From: Octopus bimaculoides
Taxonomy: Eukaryota
DNA length: 64,000 bases
Assembly (NCBI RefSeq): GCF_001194135.2
Contig: NC_068999.1
Span: 20,668,836 to 20,732,835 of the forward strand
Direction: 5' to 3'
Every line of letters starts with the position of its first letter. Position 1 is the stretch's first letter. The translations under genes were made by a program, and so were the position numbers. The notes beneath the pieces are model-generated. The model saw nothing but the letters and a program-made list of their open reading frames with translations. It ran no database searches and was not told where the DNA came from. This document shows positions 1 through 13,233 of the stretch, one piece after another.

Positions 1-717
1 ATGACAGCTCTGCAAGTCAAAACGAAAGATCACCGCAGGAACTTAGTTTATTATAATACAGATGTGACTATTTCGGAGAAACATTACTTTCATTATTCTC
101 ACATTGTCAGTCTCGTAATCGAACACTGTAATTTTGGTTGAAATTGAAAGTGTAAAATTCTTTTCACTTTTTAATGAAGCCTAGTCGTTGTAACTTTCAA
201 TATCAGCGCGTTTCACTCTTTCAAGTAAAGTCACATGCATATACTGAAACACACACACACAGACAAACATTAACTCACACCTCAAGCCTATCTCTGTCCC
301 TGTGTGTGTCCGTCTTTAGATGTGTGTGTGTGTCAGTCGTCACAAAAATTTATGTACTGACAGACACAAACACCATTACTCATATATAAGTCATCGGCGT
401 AACGTAGCTAACGAACGCGCGAACATATAGAAAATGTGACGTTATCGTCGTTGTAGTCGTGGTGGAAAACATGTCGCTCACGATAGGTGACTAAAAGAAA
501 AATGATAATCGTAAATTTTTGTGATGCAAATAAGTGAATGAAACTATACTTCAATTGGTAGCCAAAAGCTTACTGAATCTTTTGATACCCCACGCTTCAA
601 AAACGACAACATACGTTCACACAATAGAAACTCTCTCTTATATATATATAAGATAGAATCTGTGCTACGACTAATAAAACTACACTTACTAGTACTGCTA
701 AACTTAAGCTGCTGCTC

Positions 718-785
<68 letters not shown>

Positions 786-849
786 CAGCAGCAGCAGCAG
801 CAGTAGTAGTGGTGGTGGTTGTAGTAGTAGTAGTAGTAGTAGTTGTAGC

Positions 850-890
<41 letters not shown>

Positions 891-942
891 CAGCAGCAGC
901 AGTAGTAGTAGTGGTGGTGGTTGTAGTAGTAGTAGTTGTAGC

Positions 943-996
<54 letters not shown>
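718..996. repeat. Compound (AGT)n microsatellite with (GCA)n/(GGT)n interruptions
   Basis: Directly visible triplet array; source of the poly-T/poly-V ORFs 544..1002 and 662..1066. Confidence 0.97.
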
Positions 997-2439
997 TAGC
1001 AATTGTTATAACATCATTTCAAAGGGATATCACTATAATGAGAGAAAACAATCTTATAACGTTTAACTTTCTCTTTTGTTGGATTCTGTGACATCTATTC
1101 TATTTTAGAGTTTAGATATGGGTGTTTGCATACATATGTATTCATGTACTCGCTTTACGCGTGTGTGTCTATCTGTTTATGTATGTGTATGAATGTATAT
1201 GAATGTATATATATGTATGTAGTATATGTGTGTGTGTGTGTATGTGCGCGTGTGTGTGTGCGTATGTGTGTGTGTAGTCTTATGCTATTCAGTTCCATTT
1301 ACATAATTATTTACAATTTGTTATCAACACCGTGTGAACCCAGGTGTTTTCACGATATATTTACATAATTAAGAACGCCATGAGAAGATTTGAGACACGT
1401 TCCGAGACTCGGATTGTGCATGCATTTTAAAACGAAACCCATAATCTTATTATAAATTTTCCGATTACTAATTTCAAATATTCCTTTACAATAACATCTG
1501 CAAATCGTTTGTATTCGTTTGATCTTTGGCCCACATAAAATGTGTTTTGTCTGACATCGTACATAATATCTGAATTTGAACTACGTACACTTATTTACAG
1601 ATAAGTGAAGGTGGCGTCAATATTGTTACTTACTTTGCAACTGGTATTCAATTTCGTCTGTTATTTGTAGCTCACTAAGTCGACATTGCGTCAAACAGCA
1701 GACGATTCGAGTCATGCATTCCCCTGAATTTAACATATTGTGTCCTTCGCTGGCTCACTTTACCTACGACTCAATAACTTGCGGGAAATGGCAGCCAAAA
1801 CCCCTCTAAAATTATTGAATAATCCAGTCCTGGAAAAGGGGAATGTGTCCATATGATAATGTGATACTCAAGAGAAAGACACACTATGCATGTTATTCCA
1901 AAACACAATATAATTTTTGATTCTTTAAGCTAAGTATAAATACAGAAATGAATTTCTCTTGGAAAATAATAGAACTTATTCAGTTTGATAGAGATACAAT
2001 ACGTGCAATATAATTTTTTTGAAATATTTAAAAAAAATTAAGGCACTGTATCGAGGTTATGTACAGCTCGTAAAATTCTAAGCTCACTACACTATGATAT
2101 ATGACAGATTTTACCGACCAATCCAGTCATAGGGAAAGGCTGAAGCGTAAAGACGTAGAAACGCATATGTAGTCATTTATGTTTTGATACATGTTCTGCA
2201 TTAAGAGAATGTTATACTGCGATTGTTTCAGTAGTAAAAAGTTTTCCAAATTCGAATACATAAGAAGACGTTGAATATGACTGTAAGTATGTATGTGCGT
2301 ACATATGTAGGTATAGATGTAAGTATGTATGTATACATGTATTTATGTAAAATTATATACTGTAAAATTATAAACCAACTTATTTTCGAACATATATTAT
2401 TTTATATCATATTTTTATACTTAAAATCACAGACATAAG

Positions 2440-3917
2440 TGTTTTGTGTGGGAATATAGTCGGTTCTGTGGAAGGTTTGAATGCGGCTGAGGGTCTGAAA
2501 CGAAACATTAAAAAAATATATTTCCAGACGTTTTCGCAGATGAGCTGGGTTGCTGCACTAAAACAAGGTCAAAAAGTGTAGTAAAACACAGAGCAACACC
2601 TGTATTTAAGCCAAAATGGAATGTAGCGTTCGAGACTATAGAACAGGTAGACAAGGAACATGAAAGACTTGAAAGCCTACGAATAATCGAGAAGACATAC
2701 CACTCGGACTGAGCAGCACTTACGGTCTACGTTAAAAAGAAAAAATAATGAGTTAAGAATTTTTGCAGATTTTGCAACGGGGTTGAAAGATTGCTTTCCT
2801 GGAGAAGTTTTCGCAAAATCAAATGGAGAGAAATTCTTCTCAAAATTTGGCATGTTGGAGGCATGTCTACAAATTCAAGTAGAAGAATGATCACACTTAT
2901 TAACCACCAATACACACCATGGCTTATTTAAATTTAAGCGGCTTCCCGTCGGTGTAAAAGTGACTTCTTCCATATTTCAGCAAGACTGTGATCTTGCTAT
3001 GGCCTATTTAAACGATATCCTAATAAAATGCGATTTACTTGAACAACATGTAGAACACGTTAAAAGACCATTCGAAAAGATTAGAGAATAAGGTTTCAAG
3101 TTAACGGAAGGAAAATGCGAGTTCTTTCTGAGAAAATCAAATACTTGGGTCAGATAATAGGAAAAAAAACGGGCGGAAACGGGATCCATATAGAGCAACT
3201 ACGATACAAGATATTCCCACGCCGAATAATGTGAATATGCTACAAGCATTCTTGGGTTTAGTAAATTACTATTAAGTTTACATTCACAATATACATAATG
3301 TAAGGGCCCCGATAAATGATTTGTTAAAACAAAAGGCAAAATGGTGCTGGATTGATAAGTGCCAGAAGGTATGTGACAAATTAAAAACTATCTTAATGCC
3401 TGACTTATCGTTAACACATTTTGATCTAAAATTGGATATTACATTGGCTACAGAATCGAATGGTGACGGTGTACGAGCCATGCTTCTGCACAAATATGAC
3501 AATGGGAGTAAAAAAGCTATAGCCTGTGCGTCCCGATCGTTATTATCAGCTGAGAGGAACTATAGTCAGATAGAAAAGGAAGCGTTAGCAATTAAATGCG
3601 ATGTGAACAAAATTCAATAAATTTATTCATGGAAGAGGTTTCTGTCTACAAAGAGATCATCGCCTACTACTGTCAATATACGGTTCTAAAAAAGGAATAC
3701 CAATACACACAGCGAAAAGAAAGTAGGGCATGTGGGTGGTTTGTCCAGACTAATACCGAAACTCTGCCAGCCATTCGAAGATACGGTAATCGCACCTATA
3801 AGATCAGAAGGAAAACTAAAAAAACATGATGTGGAATCGGTACGTAAATTACTGGTAACCCTAGAAGACATAAAACGAAATGCGGTAGGGGACAAATTCA
3901 TAAAAGAAATGAAAAGA
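2440..3917 (+). mobile_element. Degenerate Ty3/Gypsy LTR-retrotransposon pol fragment (RT + RNase H), K02A2.6-like
   Basis: Manual translation gives PDVFADELGCC..ATPVFKP, SD*AALTVYVKKKNNELRIFADF (W->stop), NTHHGLFKFKRLPVGVK, YLNDIL (decayed YxDD), and RNase H LTHFDLKLDITLATES..ASRSLLSAERNYSQIEKEALAI. Multiple stops and frameshifts; cut off by (TA)n and a gap; no LTRs seen. Confidence 0.92.
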
Positions 3918-6118
3918 ATATATATATACATATATATATACATATATATANNNNNNNNNNNNNNNNNNNNNNNNNNNNNNNNNNNNNNNNNNNNNNNNNN
4001 NNNNNNNNNNNNNNNNNNNNNNNNNNNNNNNNNNNNNNNNNNNNNNNNNNNNNNNNNNNNNNNNNNNNNNNNNNNNNNNNNNNNNNNNNNNNNNNNNNNN
4101 NNNNNNNNNNNNNNNNNNNNNNNNNNNNNNNNNNNNNNNNNNNNNNNNNNNNNNNNNNNNNNNNNNNNNNNNNNNNNNNNNNNNNNNNNNNNNNNNNNNN
4201 NNNNNNNNNNNNNNNNNNNNNNNNNNNNNNNNNNNNNNNNNNNNNNNNNNNNNNNNNNNNNNNNNNNNNNNNNNNNNNNNNNNNNNNNNNNNNNNNNNNN
4301 NNNNNNNNNNNNNNNNNNNNNNNNNNNNNNNNNNNNNNNNNNNNNNNNNNNNNNNNNNNNNNNNNNNNNNNNNNNNNNNNNNNNNNNNNNNNNNNNNNNN
4401 NNNNNNNNNNNNNNNNNNNNNNNNNNNNNNNNNNNNNNNNNNNNNNNNNNNNNNNNNNTATATATATATATATATATATATGTATGCATGTATGTATGTA
4501 TGTAATTATGCATGTATATGTATGTGTTTGAAAGTATGGGCGTGTGATGAATTTCTAGGCTTGCTTACAGAGAGAGAAGTAAAAAGAAAGAAAGAAGCTA
4601 GGTAAAAATCTCAATATAATTTTATCAGTTGCAAAAAATTTCTTTCAGTCATTCAGTGTCCGTCATACGTGAGGGCAATTATATCGTCTTTACCCTTCAT
4701 CATAATGAGATTGATAGAATGCATTACTCTTATTATCAGCTGAAGTCCCTGATAACAATGAGTCACTGCTTGGCATCAGTCAAGTTAATGCAAACATTGG
4801 AAGTGATCACAAATCATGGGTGTAATTGTATGACGGTAATTTATAAAAATAATATCCAACGCCATAGTTATTCTCAGAATTAAACTTTTCATGACAGATT
4901 TGAGCATCGGCAGGACTGCAGATCTCTTACAGAAGGCATTGACATCAGCAACGTTATCATGGTTGCTTTCAATGACTGAATTTCTTGAAGTGTATGTCAC
5001 AAAATATTTTCTGTCCAATAATGGGAATTTATGAGAGCAGTGACTTCATATGATCACAGTCCATTCACTAGAGATTCCAGAACCCAATAAAAGAAACACA
5101 ATGCTGGGCGATTTACTTCAAAACAGAGGAAGACTAACAGACAATGCTATAGTATAAATGTAACCTCAAAGACAACAGAATGTATACCTCAGCATAACTA
5201 TAGGCTATCTTACGCCACTCCTGACTGAACGTGACCAAGCTTAAATGTCTTCCAAGGATGTCTTTTCATATCTATAATATATCTTAAATTATATAAGATC
5301 ATATACCATTCATTTCATAAGTCGAAGGGTATGATTTTAGAGAAATATGGTTGCTATTTCTTGGAGATGGAACGAACGCATAAAGGCATGTTTGTTGCTG
5401 TTAGTTAAATATAAGCTAACGCGGAAGAATTTATAAAGAACAAAATACCAAAATAAAACACAAGAAGAGAAATAAATTACACCTCTTAAAATTTACTAGA
5501 ACATCAAATATGTAATTTACTAGAAGACTATCCGAGAAATAACTCATCTATTTATTTTCTTAGTTTTTTTTTTTTGTTTTTTTCGGATAACATCATAAAT
5601 TCACGTTAGTTGATATAATTTTAATCTCTTATGTATTTTTAATCTTCCTACTTAGAAAGATACTATATCACTCGCGAAGTGAACAAGGAAAACCATTTAA
5701 CGTTATTCGAAAATATAAAAAGTTCGCGTATTATGTTTATTATTTCATTTCCTTTTTGTTGTTGCTGTGTATATTTTTATTAATTTTGTTTTCTGCAGTT
5801 TAAATTTTAATCGTTATTTGATAGTTAGATAAGAAAGTAGGTTGTATTACAATATATTGCAATTTATTGCTCTTAGAAATTACAAATTGCCGACGTTTGG
5901 TGACAGTTATTGTTATAGCTTTTGCTTCATGGGTTCATCTATAAAGAAGCATCATTCTATGTGCCTGTTTATATATGTGTGTTTATAAGTGAATATTTCT
6001 ATCTAAGTACGCATGCGCTCTACTGCGCACGCGTTTGTGTGTGTGTGTCTATAATCAATTGCAAATTTGTGTTTTAGTTATTTTTGTAGTTCCTATTATA
6101 TTTGTATGCTCATAGTTC

Positions 6119-6119
6119 C

Positions 6120-6170
<51 letters not shown>
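6119..6170. repeat. (TTA)n microsatellite
   Basis: Visible array. Confidence 0.95.
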
Positions 6171-6719
6171 GGTATTATTTGTGACTTTATTGTCGCCGTT
6201 ATTGTTGTTGTACTTCTTTTTCTACAATCCGCTTGATGTTTTGAATTAAAATCCTATTTGTATCAAATATATGCCTCACTTGAGTGAGTATTTAGTGAAA
6301 TTCACCGAGAAATATATGCATCAATTTATTTATTACGCCTTACAAAACATCAACGACCAACAACATTTACAAAAACATTACGAAGCAACACTCCCCAAAA
6401 ATGAAATATCGACAACAATATAGTAATGACAGCAGAACGTATGAGCCAAAATATCGGGAACAATAAAAGCAATAACAAAAGTCACAACAAACACAATAAC
6501 AACAGAAATGTTGTCAGTATTAATAATGTTAGAATAAATTTTAAAATATGTACGTTGTTAACACAGGGTGACTGTTCAAGGTGAATGATGTTTTATATTC
6601 TGAAAATGCTTAAGAAATATATTTCCTCGAGGAAGAACGATGTTTAAACATAACCATCGTTAATACTATGCTTTCACGCTCCATATTCTATCAACCTCAT
6701 GGCTAAAATCATTACCACA

Positions 6720-7290
6720 AATAAACTTCGTGTCGATCACATTCATCACCAACATTATCATTGTTGTCATCGACATCAAATTCATTTCTGAGTAAGTTTC
6801 ATTTGTCATAAAGATTGATTGAAAAGCGAAATGGAAATGATATTTTTTATCAGATATTTTTGTGTGCAATTCATGGATAGGACAAGCAAGGGATCTGCTG
6901 ATTGGAACTCAGAGTTGACATCATCGCAATATCCTTGATATAATCTCCGTGGGGGTGGCAAACATCACCATCAAGATCATCTTCAAAACGACCACGACTA
7001 GTATCATTTTTATTATCGTTATCGTCGTTGGCATCAACATCATCATCAGCAGAATCATCACCATCATCATGAATAAAATATTGATAACTTTTATCAGAAT
7101 GGTCAGTAATAGTAAAACATTCATCAATTGTATGATCGATCAATACTTACAAGTAGAAGAACAATAAAATAACACCAACTACACCTTCTCATTCTTATCA
7201 CTATTATCAACAACAGCAACTGCAGAAAACAACACCAATGCATATATCAATCATCCAAGTATTTACCAGTATCTACGACAACATTACTCA
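6720..7290. repeat. Degenerate (ATC)/(AAC)-rich low-complexity tract
   Basis: Cryptic triplet periodicity; explains the Met/Asp/Ile-rich ORFs 6666-7167. Confidence 0.8.
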
Positions 7291-8104
7291 TTAGGCCTGC
7301 CCGTTTTTGGAGAGCAAAGGGTGACTAGACGACTATGCCTGCTGCATTTTGCGAATAGAATAATTACGTTCAGGTTATCTTTGGGCAAGTAGGCCCATGA
7401 TATTAACCTTTTCTAGTTATAAATCTTACATTGTCTTCTCGTCAAGCATATTATACCTAAAACTACATTAACCAACCTGTCATTCTTGCGTATCAGGGAG
7501 CAGTTTGAGATTTGAGAACGATAAGCGTGATGTTATTTCAAACAAATCAAGCGACTGGTTCGAAGTAATGATGATGGTTCAAGGTGATCGTGATTGTTTG
7601 TAAAAGGAGATAATTATTTAATAAAAATAATGTTTGAAATTATTAAAGACGCCAAATAATTATTAACACTCGAATTTTCTTCTCCATTCCACAGATTTGA
7701 CCGGAAAAAATATTCATATCCTCCAATAGTAATTTGACAAATCTGCCCGGAAATGCTGCAGATGTGTTAATTTTGAAACCCAGTGATAATTGGAACTGAT
7801 TATAATGTAATCATCAATGTTTGTGAACAAAGTCAATAACAGCAGCAACATCTGTAACGAAACTAAAATATCGACCATTATATTTTATATTTGCTTTGCA
7901 ATGATCAAACGTCTTTGTTTTTAATTTTGTAAATCTAGCAACATTTAGGATGCTTCACAGCAATATTAGATTTATTCCCATACTTAGTGGTAGTACTTAA
8001 TTTTCTTACCACTGGAATGTTGACAGAAAATGTTACTCCCGGCGTTATTTGTGTACGTGCCTAGTTATTTCAAAGCGTCGAGTGGAACCAAGTTCAATGC
8101 TTCT

Positions 8105-8335
8105 CCATACTCTCTTACTCTTTTACTTGTTTCAGTCATTTGACTGCGGCCATGCTGGGGCACCGCATTTAGTCGAGCAAATCGACCACAGGACTTATTG
8201 TTTGTAAGCCTAGTACTTATTCTATCTGTCTCTTTTTGCTGAACCGCTAAGTTACGGGGACGTAAACACACCAACATCTGTTGTCAAGTGAAGTTGGGGG
8301 GACAAACACAGACACACAAACATATACAGACACAT
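8105..8335 (-). mobile_element. SINE-B, 3' half
   Basis: ttttacttgtttcagtcatttgactgcggccatgctgg..gaaccgctaagttacggggacgtaaacacacc is the reverse complement of the tails at 23390-23590 and 55800-55990; it runs into (CA)/(TA)n and a gap. Confidence 0.85.
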
Positions 8336-8345
8336 ACATATACAT

Positions 8346-8377
<32 letters not shown>

Positions 8378-8386
8378 GTATGTATA

Positions 8387-8418
<32 letters not shown>

Positions 8419-8698
8419 NNNNNNNNNNNNNNNNNNNNNNNNNNNNNNNNNNNNNNNNNNNNNNNNNNNNNNNNNNNNNNNNNNNNNNNNNNNNNNNNNN
8501 NNNNNNNNNNNNNNNNNNNNNNNNNNNNNNNNNNNNNNNNNNNNNNNNNNNNNNNNNNNNNNNNNNNNNNNNNNNNNNNNNNNNNNNNNNNNNNNNNNNN
8601 NNNNNNNNNNNNNNNNNNNNNNNNNNNNNNNNGATCTACTGAAAGACAAGTCAACAATTGGAAATCTTTGTTATTTTATCTTGCTTTAGGGATTATTA

Positions 8699-8763
<65 letters not shown>

Positions 8764-9153
8764 TCCATATTGCAGTGTCTATACTGTCTTTTTTAACACA
8801 GTAAGTGTGTAAAGAAGTATGTAAAGATTTTCTCAGACGAAAATCCTCAGCTTCTGGCTTTTCAACTCACATACATTAAGTATGCGATATTGACAATGTT
8901 TATAAGTATGCACATATGATTATAGGCTTGCTACGGAATTTCGATTTGGATGTATTTGGGGTACTTAAATGTATACGCGATTTCGCATCTACTTTTCCGT
9001 GGGTATGTCAAAGTATCTTATTTACTTTCTTTTTTGTGTTCCTCGCTGATGAAGGAATATTCCTTTTTGGATTAATACAGAAATCGGAACCAATTCGGGG
9101 GTAACTAATAATACAAATGCAAATATTTTTTGCTCGTATTTATAATTGTATTT

Positions 9154-9227
<74 letters not shown>

Positions 9228-11673
9228 NNNNNNNNNNNNNNNNNNNNNNNNNNNNNNNNNNNNNNNNNNNNNNNNNNNNNNNNNNNNNNNNNNNNNNNNN
9301 NNNNNNNNNNNNNNNNNNNNNNNNNNNNNNNNNNNNNNNNNNNNNNNNNNNNNNNNNNNNNNNNNNNNNNNNNNNNNNNNNNNNNNNNNNNNNNNNNNNN
9401 NNNNNNNNNNNNNNNNNNNNNNNNNNNNNNNNNNNNNNNNNNNNNNNNNNNNNNNNNNNNNNNNNNNNNNNNNNNNNNNNNNNNNNNNNNNNNNNNNNNN
9501 NNNNNNNNNNNNNNNNNNNNNNNNNNNNNNNNNNNNNNNNNNNNNNNNNNNNNNNNNNNNNNNNNNNNNNNNNNNNNNNNNNNNNNNNNNNNNNNNNNNN
9601 NNNNNNNNNNNNNNNNNNNNNNNNNNNNNNNNNNNNNNNNNNNNNNNNNNNNNNNNNNNNNNNNNNNNNNNNNNNNNNNNNNNNNNNNNNNNNNNNNNNN
9701 NNNNNNNNNNNNNNNNNNNNNNNNNNNNNNNNNNNNNNNNNNNNNNNNNNNNNNNNNNNNNNNNNNNNTTATCTTATGAACTGTATTAGCTGACAGTTGT
9801 TTGTGCTATAAGAAGTAGAGGACTCATAGATGAGTCCTGAATAACACCTGATAGCTTCATCAGACACTCGAATATGAAGAGCAGCTGATATATATAAATG
9901 TATGTGTATTTATGTATGCATATGTATGTATGTATGTATGTATGTACGTATGTATGTATGTATGTATGTATGTATGTATGTATGGTTGTATGCATACGTA
10001 TGTATGCATGTATGTATGTATGTATGAATGTATGTATACACACACAGTATGTTTGTGTGCGTGTGTGTGTATACCTATGTATGTTTATGCACAGAGAGTG
10101 TGTGGTGAGAGAGAGAGAGAGAGTATTGAAACATTCCCACAGAGCAGGAACGAAACCGAACCCGTATCTTCATAGTTGCGAAACAATTTCCGTCCCATAT
10201 AGACACACAACGCTACGCTGATCATAAATTTATATGGAAGCGTATTAATGAATGGATCGAATTACAAATATGTTACTGCTACTTATATTCAAAGCTCAGA
10301 AACGAGAAAGTGGAACGCTAAAAGCAGGAGAGTCGAGATAAAGTATAGAGGGACGGAACTAAATACAATAAACAATGAAACCACCATGTTATCACGTCTT
10401 CGAACATAGGAATTTGAACATAAGAACAAAAGCCCTTTTTTAAATGATCTAGCCTATGGAGGAAATATAATCTTCATGGCCCTTTTCAAGTTCTCGAAAT
10501 TACCTTCAAGCCAAATATCTCCAGAAAGCTTGCAACGAAATAGACTGCTATATATTACCATGATCCTAGAATGATGAAAGGTAATGCTGAAGAAAACGAG
10601 ATTCATGCCTGCATTGTTAATAAAAAAAAAAGTGATAATGTTGTCCACTGGATTTCTTGCATATTTACGAAAACTTCTGACATGTTGAGATAAAAATTTA
10701 TGAGTTTACACACACGTTAGATCCATAAGGCCCAGCTTAAGCACTGTATTTCCATTGACTCGTCTATGCACTTCATCACAACTGTTTAACTAAAATCGAT
10801 ACCGGTAATAAGATGTAGCGGTTTTAAGGGATTTTATATTTTCGTTTCAAAAATCGATGGGCTGGTGTTTTTTTTAAGAAACCATTGTTGCGACATTCCT
10901 TGTCCCTGATGTTGTAATTGTTGTTATTGCTGTTGTTGTTGTTGATGTTATATTCATTGTGTACTCCATTTCAATATATCAAAAGCAAAAATCAATATCT
11001 TTTGAAAGCCATGTTTGGTTAATATAATTAATATAATCATTTATTTAATTAATTATACTTTTATCATTAATTAATAATTCAACTAAATTCTAACATCAAC
11101 AAGAAAGTAACTTCTGCATGCCATGCAAAAGAAGAAAGCAAACCAAAATATGAAAACGGAAGCCAAAGTGCTGCCTGACGCAAATTGTAGAAATTTCGAA
11201 TCAAAAATAAAAGTAATAAATAAATAACATGAAATATCGGTTTGGTTTGAATTGCTAACATTTTCGAAAAGAAAATATGGACATGTCAGGCTTGTGTAAT
11301 TTCATGCTTATTCATATAATAATTAAAACAGAGAATAATAATTATGATGATAATACTAATTAAGCTGATAGTAATAATGATAATAATAATAATTATTATT
11401 ATTATAATAACAACAACAACAACAGTTAGAAGGAAAATGATAATATAATTAACATAATAAATATTAGTAATATTATTTATCATTTGCGGTTCTTACGGTT
11501 GCTAGTGTCATTTTCAAGTGACAAATTAAAATAGAAATAAATGTATTCTGGAGGAGGAAAATTGAAACATAATAGAAAACCGACATCGCAAAATAAAATA
11601 TAACGATGCATATAGTAAAATACAGTTTTATTACCAACTATAATTAAATTACTTTTAATTTAGACGTGTATGA

Positions 11674-11892
11674 AGGCGGTGAGCTGGCAGAATCGTTAGC
11701 ACGCCGGGCAAAATGCTTGGCGGTATTTCGTCCATCTTTACGATCTGAATTGAAATTCCACTGATGTCGATTTCCTTTCATCCTTTTGTGGTCGATAAAA
11801 TAAGTACTAGTTGAGCACTTGTGCCGATGTGATCGACTCATCTTCTTCCCCGAAATTATTGGTCTTTTGCCTAAATTCTTATCCAATCTATT
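11674..11892 (+). mobile_element. SINE-A, near full-length tRNA-derived SINE
   Basis: Head aggcggtgagctggcagaatcgttagc (A-box-like), decayed B box, shared core tttcatccttttgtggtcgataaaataagtactagttgag; flanked by 9-bp direct repeat cgtgtatga (11665-11673, 11893-11901). Confidence 0.9.
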
Positions 11893-12269
11893 CGTGTATG
11901 ATTTTCTCTGTTTGCATATAGATATATAAATGTGGGTGTGTGTGAAAATAAGTAATTTTTTTNNNNNNNNNNNNNNNNNNNNNNNNNNNNNNNNNNNNNN
12001 NNNNNNNNNNNNNNNNNNNNNNNNNNNNNNNNNNNNNNNNNNNNNNNNNNNNNNNNNNNNNNNNNNNNNNNNNNNNNNNNNNNNNNNNNNNNNNNNNNNN
12101 NNNNNNNNNNNNNNNNNNNNNNNNNNNNNNNNNNNNNNNNNNNNNNNNNNNNNNNNNNNNNNNNNNNNNNNNNNNNNNTGTAAACGATGGGGTGCAATGT
12201 TATATAGTATATATATATATATATATATATGTAATATAATACAGTTCTATATTTAAGAGATGAGGAATT

Positions 12270-12417
12270 ATTTACATTTGGCGGATATTTGTTCTCATCT
12301 TGTTTGTTGTTAACACAACGTTTCGGCTGATATACCCTCCACTCTTCATCAAATGGCGTTGTGGTTAAGAGCGCGGTCTACTAACCCCAATATTCCGAGT
12401 TCGATTCCAGGCAGTGA

Positions 12418-12464
<47 letters not shown>

Positions 12465-12600
12465 TCGAAAAATACTTTAGGAATGAAAACTCAGTTCGAA
12501 ATTTCTTCAAGACACATGATGATGGCTGGAGGATATATCAGCCGAAACGTTGTGTTAACAAGAAATACAATGAGGACAAATAGCGTCAAATGTAAATGAT
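12270..12600 (+). mobile_element. tRNA-headed, hammerhead-bearing foldback retroposon (candidate Penelope-dependent SINE/retrozyme)
   Basis: Left arm 12270-12351 is the reverse complement of right arm 12517-12597. Between them lie A-box-like tggcgttgtggttaag (12354-12369), B-box gagttcgattcc (12397-12408) and (AAT)n (12422-12461). Confidence 0.8.
12511..12556 (+). ncRNA. Minimal type I hammerhead ribozyme motif (C3A variant, likely inactive in this copy)
   Basis: gacac-ATGATGA-t-ggctg(gaggatatat)cagcc-GAAAC-GTT-gtgtt. Helix I gacac/gtgtt, perfect 5-bp helix II, palindromic AACGTT helix III, NUH site GUU. The core differs from CUGANGA only at C3, and there is one extra nt after A9. Confidence 0.7.
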
Positions 12601-12607
12601 GAAAATA

Positions 12608-12655
<48 letters not shown>

Positions 12656-12937
12656 ATATATATGTGTGTGTATAGGCATGCAATTTAAAAATAGGATAAA
12701 ATCTTTATAAAAATGTGTCAAGTAGTCAGCGTGAAAAGCCTCATAAGGGAAAAATTACTAATTATTTCCCTTAAATATATCTGTTTATATTAAGGGTATT
12801 ACTATACATAAATGCCTCACGCTACAGGAGTTGCATTCCCCGTGTTCGGTAGAATGTGTTTATTATGGTAGCTTTGTGTTTAAGAGTCCCTCGTAGCTTG
12901 AGGCATTTATGTATAGTAATGGCCTTAATATAAATGA

Positions 12938-12978
<41 letters not shown>

Positions 12979-12989
12979 ATACAAAGAAT

Positions 12990-13233
12990 ATATATACATG
13001 TATACACACATATATGTACATACTTACATCTACATGTGTATATACATGCATATCAGGGTACAGGACGTTAGAACAATAAACTACAGACAACGGAACGAAC
13101 ACATAGGAAAACGGAAAGCCCCTTGGAATATCCCTTCATCAGCTGTCTCTATTCTATCCAGACGTTTCGAAGACCAGACAGGACGTACTCTAGAATAGTC
13201 TCTTCCTGAGTAGTGGATCAACCAACTACACAG
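12990..13233 (-). mobile_element. Fragment of a repeat carrying both hammerhead core boxes (Penelope-terminus-like); probable relatives at 43380-43545 and 63870-64000
   Basis: Minus strand reads ttcGAAACGTC-18 nt-CTGATGAaggg followed by a T-rich tail. Family assignment is by-eye similarity only. Confidence 0.4.

Noticed and set aside
4785-5260. Minus-strand ORF with faint LINE RT-like words (VQSGVA*DS, NVADV, KFNSE)
   Set aside because: Motifs are too degenerate and spacing is unconvincing; a frameshift-aware search is needed.
12354-12420. Bona fide tRNA genes (also 22861, 55323, SINE-A heads)
   Set aside because: A/B boxes are present, but there is no complete cloverleaf or acceptor stem and each continues into a repeat body.
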